Source: Kiritimatiellia bacterium
Lineage (GTDB): Bacteria; Verrucomicrobiota; Kiritimatiellia; RFP12; UBA1067
Direction: 5' to 3'
DNA length: 64,000 nucleotides
Assembly: GCA_050949565.1 (NCBI GenBank)
Contig: JBMNFY010000017.1
Coordinates: 1,760,001-1,824,000, forward strand
Part shown: positions 48,917 to 58,205 of the stretch, one piece after another
Numbering within the stretch: the first letter of the stretch is position 1
Layout of the letters: every line of letters starts with the position of its first letter
The notes under the pieces: generated by a model
Databases searched by the model: none
The model's input: the letters and a program-made list of their open reading frames with translations, nothing else
Told to the model about the DNA's origin: nothing
Position numbers and translations under genes: made by a program

Positions 48917-49795
48917 ATGTCGTACACCTCGTCTACCTTTGACCTGGCGGGTATCCGTTTTATATTTGAAGGTCTGGTTCCGGGCGATTTCAACGTCCAC
49001 TTCCATCAATTTCTCCCCGAGATATCATCCGCGGCGACTGGTCTCAATTGTACTGTCGTGTGCAGCGGTGTGAATCCCGATCTCTGTCGGTTGCGTTCCA
49101 ACGTCGCATGGAATTTTCAAGAGCAAGACGGCGAGGCCTGTCTGACGGGGGCTAATCCTGCCGGTGAGGTGATGTGGCGCATGACTGGTCACGTGCCGTT
49201 TGAGCAGCTCTGTTTCGAGTGGCACCCCACCGCTTTCGATGCGATGTACCGCGATAATAAGAACTGCGGGACTTTCGATGTTGTGGCCGTTCTGGCGCTG
49301 GTGTTGCGCCTGCTGCCGCTCGGCGGGCTGGTCTTGCACGGCTCGGCGCAGGTGATCGACGGTTCGGGCATCCTCTGCACGGGGCCCTCGGGGCGGGGCA
49401 AGAGTACGATCTCGCGACTGTTCCATCAATGCGGCCGGACAGTCTTGACGGATGAGCGCCCGTTCCTGCGTCGCGACGGGGAGGGGTTCAGGGTTTACGG
49501 TTCACCGTGGCCTAGCTCCGGCGGTTTTGTCGCGACCGGGTCTGCCCCGCTGAAAAAAATCTACTTCATTGAGCACGGTCCCGAGCAGGAGATCCTGCCC
49601 CTGACCAGCCGCGAGGCGGTGCTGCGGCTGCTCGACGTGGCGATGGTGCCGTGGATGAACCCGGCGTTCTTCGATCCGATGATTCCGACGTTGGAAGCGG
49701 TGATCCGCGAGGTGCCGTACGCCCTGTTGCGCTTCCGTCCCGACACCTCGGTGGTCGATACCATCTGCCGCGACTTGGCGGGAGAGAGCGAATAA
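48917..49795 (+). CDS. HPr kinase-related P-loop protein
   Basis: LVLHGSA, TGPSGRGKST, LTDE and VYGSPW motifs. Confidence 0.75.
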   Translation: MSYTSSTFDLAGIRFIFEGLVPGDFNVHFHQFLPEISSAATGLNCTVVCSGVNPDLCRLRSNVAWNFQEQDGEACLTGANPAGEVMWRMTGHVPFEQLCFEWHPTAFDAMYRDNKNCGTFDVVAVLALVLRLLPLGGLVLHGSAQVIDGSGILCTGPSGRGKSTISRLFHQCGRTVLTDERPFLRRDGEGFRVYGSPWPSSGGFVATGSAPLKKIYFIEHGPEQEILPLTSREAVLRLLDVAMVPWMNPAFFDPMIPTLEAVIREVPYALLRFRPDTSVVDTICRDLAGESE

Positions 49796-49860
49796 CGAAT
49801 AATGAATAGCGAATAGCTGGGCAGGGGTTAACTATTCATTATTCGTTATTCACTATTCGT
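49790..49860. repeat. Inverted heptamer arrays (GAATAAC / GTTATTC type)
   Basis: GAATAACGAATAATGAATAG facing CTATTCATTATTCGTTATTC; related units at ~60150 and ~63670. Confidence 0.75.
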
Positions 49861-49882
49861 TCTCTTTGCTATACTTGGCTGC

Positions 49883-50861
49883 ATGAACGGTGCGGGAACT
49901 TTCTGGCGAGTTTGGTTGTGTGCGTGGGGGGCGGTCCTGATAGGCTACGCCGACACACGCGTGGCTGCCGTCTATGAGCCTGCGCCGTTTTCGCATTATC
50001 AGCCTATCCTCGACCGCATGCCTTTTGGTGCGCCGCCGCCGGTTGCCGGTTCCATGAACCCGGAGCAGCTTGAGCAGCAGCGGAGCGAAGAATTGCTTCA
50101 GGCGGAACAACAACAGGTCGCCAAGCAGATCGCGTTCACCGCGCTGAATGTCACGCCCCGGGGACGGACGACGGTGGGATTCGTTGATCGTTCGGTCAAT
50201 CCGCCCGAAAGCTATTATCTGGAGGTCGGTGCCTCGGCGCAGGGCTGGACCGTTGTGGACGCGGATTACAACGCGAACTGGGCGCAGTTTGAAAAAGACG
50301 GCGTGACCATCACCATGCACCTCCACAAAGGGCTGATCGACGGACCGCCTTCGGAAGGCACGAACAACGCTTCGGCATCGCCGCAGGCCTCCGCCAGCCA
50401 CACCGGCGGTGGCCGCATCCGAATCCCCGGCTGTACCGCCGCCGATGGCAGCGAAGCGGCCTTCGGTGCCTGGCCTTGTGCGCCTGCCGAAATCTGCGCG
50501 GACGGCCCCGCAGACCGTGCCGACGCAGACCGCAGCCGCTACGGCCGACGCCGCCGCTGATTCAACGTCTGCTCCCGCCAAGTCCTACCTCGAACGTCTG
50601 CGTGAACGCAAAGCGCAGGAGGCGGCAGACAAGAAGGCAGCCGAAAAAGCTGCGCGTGAAAGCCTTCAGGAACTGGCGCGCAAGGTGGCACAGGATGAAC
50701 TCGCCAAGCGTGAGAAGGAGCAGGCTGAAGCCTTGGAGCAGTTGCGCATACAGCAAGAGCTGCTCCAGGTACAGCAAGAACTTGAAGCCCAAGCGCAACA
50801 GGTGGAACAACCGCCCGACGATGCGCATGCGCAGGAAGCCGAGCCGGAGCACGAGAGATAA
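49883..50861 (+). CDS. Hypothetical exported protein with a C-terminal coiled coil; frameshift near 50390
   Basis: Signal-like N-terminus; the plausible frame switches from ORF 49883..50560 to 50409..50861 (Pro/Ala linker, E/K/Q-rich tail). Confidence 0.55.
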
Positions 50862-50867
50862 GAGATA

Positions 50868-51032
50868 ATTTAGGATTTGGGATTTGGGATTTAGGATTTG
50901 GGATTTGGGATTTTCGGCTCGCGAAGCACTGGGAGGGACGAGCGTCTGCTCGTCCGGCAGCGGTCACGCCGTCACTGCCGATCCTGCGGGTACTGCGGGT
51001 GAGGGCGGTGTGGCACGGGCATCTTGCCCGTG
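50868..51032. repeat. Mosaic repeat overlapping the 5' end of the ABC fusion ORF
   Basis: (GGATTTG)n, GGAGGGACGAGCGTCTGCTCGTCC, inverted 9-mer module, GGCACGGGCATCTTGCCCGTG. Confidence 0.8.
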
Positions 51033-53670
51033 GGCGCGGACGGCGACGCGTGCGCTGCTCACTCTCCTGCTGACGGCTGCTGGTCATGTAACGGCGACCA
51101 CCGATCCGGTCACCGTCACCTTTCTGCAGGGCTACGATCCCGATCTGCCGGAAAGCCCTATTACGCGCCAGATTCTCTCTCTCGCACGCGAGGAGCCGCG
51201 CCTCAATCCTCAGAAGTGGGGCGGATTGAGTCTGCCCGGTGCCGGTGGCCGTGCCCCGTTCATGCTTTCGCTCGCTGGTGGCACTGCGCCGGACATCTAC
51301 TTCTGCTGGTTCCACATCATCCGACACGACATCGAGCAGGGCTTCTGTTACCCACTCAACGAGTGGCTCGGTGACGATACCGATGGCGACGGCCAGATCA
51401 GCGACGCCGAGGCGCGCTGGCCCGGCTGGCGGCACGTGCCGCCGCTCTGGCGTCAGGTCGCCACGCGCGACGGCAAGGTCTACGGCCTGCCGATGGCCGG
51501 TATCTGGTATTACGGCATCGTCTACCGCAAAGACTTGGTGCGGCAAGCTGGGGTCGATCCCGAATACATCCCCGCAACCTGGGACGAGTTTTTCCGCTGG
51601 TGCCAGCGTCTCACCTTCCCGGGCAAGCAAGTGGCTGGTGCCAAGGTGCAGCGCGGTCAACGCGCCTTCGGTCTTGAGAACCGGCCGTGGAGCTGGTTGC
51701 CGTGGATGCAGGCTGCGGGCGGCTCGCCGATCGTCTCCGTGCGCATCTCGCCTACCACGGGACGCAGTCACCGTTTCGCCATGGAGGAGACACGCTTCGT
51801 CGTGTCCGAAACCGGCGAAGACCTATCGGAAGTAGCAGCCGTCTGGCAGGCGAATTTCGACTCGCCCGAAGCCATCGAAGCGGCAGCCTTCACTCACCGT
51901 TTGGCCTGGGCCCCCTGGTTACGCGACCCGCAGAGCGGCGAACCGGTTGATCTCACGCCCGACGATTTGGCCGCCGGGCGCGTGACATTGGCCGACGGAC
52001 GCGAGGTCGCCTTTGCCGAAAGCGACGTGATCAAGGGCGTGGCGCGCGCGTTGCCGCGCCTGACGCAAGACCTGCCGCAGCTCTTCGCGCAAGGCGAGGT
52101 GGTGGCGCTCTTCTCCGGTGCCGAGTTGGTCGAGCAGCTCACGCGCGACCTCAACCTGCCGCCCGACATGGTCGGCATCATGCCCTTTCCCGCCGCGCGG
52201 CCGGGAATGAAGCCGGTCTTTCAGGCACACAAGCACTTCTACAGCATGACCGAGGGCGTGGGACGCCGCTCCAAAGCCGAGCGCGATCTGGTGTGGCGCT
52301 GCATCGAACAACTCGCCAGCGAGGCGGTCAACGACGAGACGGTCAAACAGAAGGTACTGGAAGGCCACGCGCGCTGGTGTACGCCTGCCGACCTCGAACG
52401 TCTGGGCTTTACCGAGTATCTGGACGAAGTACCGCCCGGCATCCGGCGCAATTATGAGCGTATCGCCAACGGTGAGATTCTGGCGCGCACCGAACCCTTC
52501 GCCGGCTTCTGGCAGGCGGTGTCGGACCTGATCGACCGCCGCCTGCTCGGCGTGCTGCTGGCCGACACCGGCGAGAACTTCGACTACGCCGCCGCGCTGC
52601 GGAGCATCAATGACGACGCCAACCGCGGACTGATGTTCCGCGCACCCGAGGAGGTGCTCGCGCGCCAACGTCCGCTCGCCCGCGTACTCCTCGGCATCGT
52701 TGCGATCACCGCGCTCATCTGTTTCGGCTTGGCCTTCAAGCGGAAGTCCGGCGTTGCCGGGACTGCCGGGGCACCCGTCTCCCGTCTCCCGTTCCCCGCT
52801 TCCCTGTCTCCGTGGCTGATGCTCGCGCCCGCGCTGCTCTCGATTGCACTCTGGAGTTACTATCCCCTGATCCGCGGCGCGGTCATGGCTTTTCAGGAGT
52901 ACCGCATCGTGGGCGAGACCACATGGGCCGGGCTCGACAATTTCATTCTTGTAGCCACCGACAAGGGCTTCTGGGCCGCGTGGGGACGCACCTTTCAGTA
53001 TGTGGGTTTGACGTTGCTGCTGGGCTTTCTCACGCCGGTGCTGTTGGCGTTGATGCTGTCCGAAATCCCGCGCGGCAAAATCTTTTACCGCACGCTCTAC
53101 TTCCTGCCGCACCTCACCAGCGCACTGGTGATCGCGTTGCTCTGGAAGCTGATGTACGACCCGACCGAGAATGGCATGTTGAATCAGATCCTCGGGTTTT
53201 TCGGCGTGGCGCGGCAGACCTGGTTGCAGGATCCCTCACTGGCGATGCTCTGCTGCATCTTGCCGGGTGTGTGGGCCGGTGCGGGCATGGCCAGTCTGAT
53301 CTACGTGGCGGCGTTGCAGGCGCTGCCGCCCGACTACTATGAGGCGGCGGCCATCGACGGCGCCGGCATTCTGAGCCGCTTCCGCCACATCACCTATCCG
53401 CAACTGCTACCGTTGATGGTGATCAACTTCGTCGGCGCGTTCATCGCCGCATTCCAAGGGATGGGCAGCATCTTCCTGCTGACCTTCGGTGGTCCCGGCG
53501 ATGCCACCAACGTGCTGAGTCTCGCGATCTGGAAAGAGGCCTACAACAACCTGCGCTTCAGTACCGCCACCACGATGGCGTGGTTCCTCGGTGTCGCACT
53601 GATCGGCTTCACCTACCTCCAGATCCGCATCCTGCGCAAGGTCGAGTTCCGGCGCGTCAGCACCAACTGA
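51009..53670 (+). CDS. Fused ABC sugar transporter solute-binding protein and MalF-type permease; start uncertain
   Basis: AGGTAPDI, DGKVYGLP, IVYRKDL, PATWDEF in the SBP part; YYEAAAIDGA..FRHITYPQL EAA loop in the permease. Confidence 0.85.
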
Positions 53671-53699
53671 ATAATTCGGCGTATCGGTTAGCGACAGGG

Positions 53700-53934
53700 G
53701 GAAGAGTTATCGTATACGGGTATGTGAACGAGTACGTGCACGGGGTATGGCCAACGTCCACGTTCTCCAAATCGGTATCGCTATCGGGTTCGAAATCGAC
53801 TATTGCGCCCACGCGGTGGCTCGCAGCGACAAGTGTAATGATGGCGGCGATCCCGATCCCGATGGCGATAGCGATGGCGCCGCAATGGAACCCTGAAACG
53901 CACGATCATCGCACTCCCCTGTCACTAACCGATT
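53700..53934. repeat. Dispersed element, second copy of 42599..42779 preceded by hexamer repeats
   Basis: TCCAAATCGG..GCGCCCACGCGGTGGCTCGCAGCG..CGCACTCCCCTGTCACTAACCGATT. Confidence 0.85.
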
Positions 53935-54031
53935 ACCGTTCGAGTCACACTCTCTCTAGCCGATAGTTGCCAGGTGTGGTATCCTAGTGCACATGTTTGC
54001 TTATGGAACTCACTGATATAGGAGGAAAAAC

Positions 54032-54286
54032 ATGAGTGTGAAGCAGTTGTTCTTGGTGTCTCTGGCCGCATGTGTGGCAAGCCTGATCACAGGCTGTGGA
54101 ACGCTGGAAGGTCACGAAGGTGCGGCGGTTGGCGCTGCGGCTGGCGCGACCGGCGGCGCGTTGATCGGTGCGGCTGCGGCCGGTAGCGGTAATCGCGCCA
54201 CTGGCGCAGTGATTGGCGGTGCGGTCGGTGGCGTTGCGGGCGGCGTCGCGGGCGATCAACTGTACGACAAGAAAAAAGATAAATAG
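54032..54286 (+). CDS. Glycine-zipper lipoprotein
   Basis: AGGAGG SD, lipobox ITGC, GAAVGAAAGATGGALIG..GAVIGGAVGGVAGG. Confidence 0.85.
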   Translation: MSVKQLFLVSLAACVASLITGCGTLEGHEGAAVGAAAGATGGALIGAAAAGSGNRATGAVIGGAVGGVAGGVAGDQLYDKKKDK

Positions 54287-54298
54287 CGGCATCCGCGC

Positions 54299-55060
54299 AT
54301 GGATTGCCCAAGTCCGTTGCGCGCGCACGATGAGAGTTTTTGCGTGCGTGCGTATGAGTCCGGCGTGAACAATCAGGTCACGTTACCGGCTCTTTGTAAC
54401 TATTTACAGGAAGCGGCTGGCAACCATGCGCGTGCGTTGGGGCTCGGTATCCACGAATTGCAGGACGCAGGTTTTACGTGGATGCTCGCGCGGCTACACC
54501 TTGTGATCCGTCGCTATGCCGCATGGCGCGAAACGGTACACCTGCGTACGTGGCCGTCCGGCGTGCGCGGTCGGTTGACGGCATTGCGCGATTTCTGCAT
54601 GACGGACAGCGCGGGCGAAACCGTGTTGTTGGGCGTCAGTGAATGGCTCTATGTGGATCTGGCCGCCCAGCGGATCGCGCGTCTGCCGCAGGCCTTCGCG
54701 GCGCTCACGCCGGAGGGTACGCCGCGGGCGCCCATTCCCGAACCTCCCACGAAACTGCCGGATATCACGGAGCCTGAGTGGTCGGCTGTCGTGACGGTGC
54801 GCCACAGTGACCATGACTTCAATGACCACGTCAACAACGCGCATTATGTGGAATGGGCGCTGGAGTGCCTGCCGGATGCATGGCGCGAACAGCGTCGCGT
54901 GCGCGAGATGGATATCGCATTCCGTGTGGCCGCGCATCGAGGCGACACGGTGATTACCGAAGCCGCGCACGACGCGGTGGACGGCGACGCGCTGCTCCAT
55001 CGCATCCGGCGCGACTCAGACGGCGCACTGCTGGCGCAGGCCCGCACCGTCTGGGACTAA
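54299..55060 (+). CDS. Acyl-ACP thioesterase
   Basis: NYLQEAAGNHA, WMLARL, LRTWPSG, DHDFNDHVNNAHYVEW. Confidence 0.88.
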   Translation: MDCPSPLRAHDESFCVRAYESGVNNQVTLPALCNYLQEAAGNHARALGLGIHELQDAGFTWMLARLHLVIRRYAAWRETVHLRTWPSGVRGRLTALRDFCMTDSAGETVLLGVSEWLYVDLAAQRIARLPQAFAALTPEGTPRAPIPEPPTKLPDITEPEWSAVVTVRHSDHDFNDHVNNAHYVEWALECLPDAWREQRRVREMDIAFRVAAHRGDTVITEAAHDAVDGDALLHRIRRDSDGALLAQARTVWD

Positions 55061-55125
55061 CCCCCTTTTTTGAGGCGGCTGGTTCTTGCGGCCGGTCGCA
55101 CGGATTGAGCACAAGGAGAAATGAC

Positions 55126-56487
55126 ATGAAGCGAATGATGATCCCGTTCCTGATGGCGGCGCTTTCGGCTTGCGCCCTGTTTGCACAACAGCTTTCAACC
55201 ACCCCGACGCCGCGTGACGCCGGTTGGATCAAGCGTGTCGAACGCGACGCCGCCCAAGCGCGTAAAGGCGGCTGGGATGTCGTCTTTATCGGCGACTCGA
55301 TTACCGATTTCTGGCAGAGCCACGGCAAGGCCGAATGGGCCAAGGCATTCGCGCCGTTCAAGGCGCTGAACCTCGGCATCAGTGCTGACCGCACGGAGCA
55401 TGTGTTGTGGCGTCTCGACAACGGCCAGCTTGAGAACAACCAACCCAAGCTCTTCGTGGTCATGATCGGCACCAATAACACCGGCCACCGTCCGGCGGAC
55501 AAGGAGAGCACCGCCGACACCGTCGCCGGCATCAAGGCGATCCTTGATCGGCTGGCGCAGAAGGCGCCGAATTCCAAGGTGCTGTTGCACGCCATCTTCC
55601 CGCGTGGTGCCACGCCGCAAGACGCTTACCGTCAGCGAAACGAAGCGATCAACGCCGAGATCCAGAAGTTCGCTGATAACAAACGCGTCTTCTGGATGAA
55701 CATCAACGACAAGTTTCTTCAGTCCGATGGCACGCTCTCCAAAGAGGTCATGCCCGACCTGTTGCACCCGAACGCCAAAGGCTATGCGATCTGGGCCGAG
55801 GCGATCCTGCCGTTCATCCAGAAGAGCGTCAAGACTTCGGTCACGCCCGACCACCGCATGGATCAGGCGTGGTGGAAGCAGCGTTTTGAACAGAAGGTGG
55901 CACTCGCCAAACAGGGCGGCTGGGATGTCGTTTTCTTAGGCGACTCCATCACCCACGGCTGGGAGGGGGCCGGCCGAAAGGTTTGGGACGAACATTTCGG
56001 CGCGTACAAGGCGTTGAATTTGGGCTACGGCGGCGACCGCACTGAGCATGTGTTGTGGCGGCTTGAGAATGGCGAGTTGGACGGTTACCAACCCAAACTG
56101 CTGATCCTGATGATCGGCACCAATAACACCGGCCACCGCCCGGCTGTGCAGGAAACACCGCAGGATACCGCCGATGGCATCAAGGCGATTCTTGAGTTGA
56201 TTGCCCGTAAATCACCGTCCACCAAGGTGTTGCTGCTTGGCATCTTCCCGCGTGGTGCCGGACCGTCCGACGCAGCGCGCATACGCAACAGTCAGGTCAA
56301 CGACCTCATCAAGGCGTATGCCGACGGTACGCGCGTTACCTACATGGATCTCGGTCCGCAGATGCTGGAGTCGGACGGTACGCTTTCTCGGGAGATGATG
56401 CCGGACTTGCTTCACCCCAAAGAGAAAGGCTATGGTATCTGGGCGCGGGCCGTGTTGCCCGTGATCAAAGAGACGCTGGGGAAATGA
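55126..56487 (+). CDS. Secreted tandem SGNH/GDSL esterase, two complete domains
   Basis: Two sets of GDSIT / G..DRTEHVLWRL / IGTNN / MPDLLHP; AAGGAG SD. Confidence 0.88.
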   Translation: MKRMMIPFLMAALSACALFAQQLSTTPTPRDAGWIKRVERDAAQARKGGWDVVFIGDSITDFWQSHGKAEWAKAFAPFKALNLGISADRTEHVLWRLDNGQLENNQPKLFVVMIGTNNTGHRPADKESTADTVAGIKAILDRLAQKAPNSKVLLHAIFPRGATPQDAYRQRNEAINAEIQKFADNKRVFWMNINDKFLQSDGTLSKEVMPDLLHPNAKGYAIWAEAILPFIQKSVKTSVTPDHRMDQAWWKQRFEQKVALAKQGGWDVVFLGDSITHGWEGAGRKVWDEHFGAYKALNLGYGGDRTEHVLWRLENGELDGYQPKLLILMIGTNNTGHRPAVQETPQDTADGIKAILELIARKSPSTKVLLLGIFPRGAGPSDAARIRNSQVNDLIKAYADGTRVTYMDLGPQMLESDGTLSREMMPDLLHPKEKGYGIWARAVLPVIKETLGK

Positions 56488-56528
56488 CGCGCGACACGCG
56501 GTACAAACGGGCAGATGGATAAGTATTT

Positions 56529-58196
56529 ATGACACTTCGATCCTTACTCGATGATGCGGCAGCACGCGACCCGCGCGCGGTCGCGCTCCGTTATCGTCGT
56601 GATAATGCTTGGCAACGCCGTTCGTACGCCGAATTGGTTGAAGGCGTCGGTCAAATGGCCGAAGCCTTCAGCCGTTTCGATCTCAAACCGGGCAGTGAGC
56701 CGGTTGCGATCATTCTGGACAACGGGCCGGAGTGGATTGAAATCTATCTCGCAAATGCCGCCACCGGCGTGGCGGTCGTGCCGCTCGATCCCAAACTGCG
56801 CGCCAGCGAAGTGACCTATATCCTGAACGATTCTGAAGCCGTCGCGGTCTTTACCGATACGCGCCACTTAGCCCTTTTGGAGAACATTCTGCCCGATCTT
56901 CCCACTGTCCGTGCAATCGTCGTTACCGATGGCGGCAGCGAGCCGCTGGCCCCCATCGCCGGCCGTCCCTGTTACGACTACGAGACCTTGCGTGAGAGCG
57001 TACGCGGGCAACCGCCGGCCTGGTATGCCTCCCACATCCCCGCGCCACAGGATGTCGCCTCGATCATCTATACCTCGGGCACGACCGGCAAGCCCAAGGG
57101 CGCGATGCTCACCCACCTCAACTTCTGCAGCGATGCGCTCGGCAGTCTCGAGGCTATCAGCGACATCGTCACGTCCAAGGATGATTTCTTGGTTGTGTTG
57201 CCGCTCTTCCACGCCTTCTCATTCACGGCCAATTTCGTGGTGCCGCTGGTAAAAGGCTGCGGCATGTACTTCGTCGAAAGCCTGCGCACCATCGGCGACG
57301 ACATCAAGACGCTGCGCCCCTCGGTTTTCATCGCCGTGCCGCTGCTGGCGGAAAAGTTGTTCGACAAGATTGATGACAAGATCAAGCGCAGCGTCGTCGC
57401 CCGATGTCTGGTAAAGGTCGGCCTCGGTCGGCTAGTCGGCAAGAAGGTGCTCAGAAGCCTCGGAGGGCGGCTGCGTTTCCTGATTGTCGGCGGCGCACCG
57501 TGCCCGCTCCACGTGCTGGAGGGATTCAGCAGGCTGGGCGTACCGATTGTCGAAGGCTATGGCCTGACCGAGTGTTCGCCGGTCGTCTCCATCACCAACA
57601 TCCGTCAAGCGCGCATCGGCACTATCGGCAAAAAGTTGCCGAATATCGAAATCCGGCTGGCGGATGCCGACGAGATGGGCGTCGGCGAGCTGCAGGTCCG
57701 CGGTCCGATCGTCATGAAAGGGTACCTCAAAAACATTGCCGCCACCCGCGAGGCCTTTGACGGCGAATGGTTGCGTACCGGAGACCTTGCCTCGATAGAT
57801 GCAGATGGTTTCCTCACCATCCGTGGCCGCAAAAAAGCGCTTATCGTCAATCGCGAGGGGAAAAACATCTACCCCGAAGAGGTCGAAAACGTTATCGCGC
57901 GCGACCCGTTGATTGCGGATGTCATTGTGCTTGGTTATACCGTTGGCCAAGTGCCCGGTGAACGTGTGGGTACCATCATCTCGCCCGATTGGGAGGCTCT
58001 CGCCGCTGCCCACAACGGCACGGAGCCGCCGCTGCAGGAGGTCGAGGTCCTTGTCCGTGAGCGCGTCCGCAAGCAGTGCGCAAGCCTTGCGGATTACAAG
58101 CACCCGCGTAAGATCATCGTGCAGCGCGAGCCGCTAGAGCGGACCTCCATTCAGAAGGTGCGTCGCTGCGCCTATCAGGACAAGCTCAACGAGTGA
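56529..58196 (+). CDS. Long-chain acyl-CoA synthetase (AMP-binding)
   Basis: IYTSGTTGKPKG, EGYGLTE, WLRTGDL, GKNIYPEEVE. Confidence 0.88.
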   Translation: MTLRSLLDDAAARDPRAVALRYRRDNAWQRRSYAELVEGVGQMAEAFSRFDLKPGSEPVAIILDNGPEWIEIYLANAATGVAVVPLDPKLRASEVTYILNDSEAVAVFTDTRHLALLENILPDLPTVRAIVVTDGGSEPLAPIAGRPCYDYETLRESVRGQPPAWYASHIPAPQDVASIIYTSGTTGKPKGAMLTHLNFCSDALGSLEAISDIVTSKDDFLVVLPLFHAFSFTANFVVPLVKGCGMYFVESLRTIGDDIKTLRPSVFIAVPLLAEKLFDKIDDKIKRSVVARCLVKVGLGRLVGKKVLRSLGGRLRFLIVGGAPCPLHVLEGFSRLGVPIVEGYGLTECSPVVSITNIRQARIGTIGKKLPNIEIRLADADEMGVGELQVRGPIVMKGYLKNIAATREAFDGEWLRTGDLASIDADGFLTIRGRKKALIVNREGKNIYPEEVENVIARDPLIADVIVLGYTVGQVPGERVGTIISPDWEALAAAHNGTEPPLQEVEVLVRERVRKQCASLADYKHPRKIIVQREPLERTSIQKVRRCAYQDKLNE

Positions 58197-58205
58197 GCAC
58201 GGCGC

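Noticed and set aside
9880-50400. Programmed frameshifting or true pseudogenes at ~9900-10480, 11870, 37923, 45640, 46672 and 50390
   Set aside because: Scattered small indels in otherwise intact genes with no obvious slippery sites fit long-read consensus errors best; read-level checking is needed.
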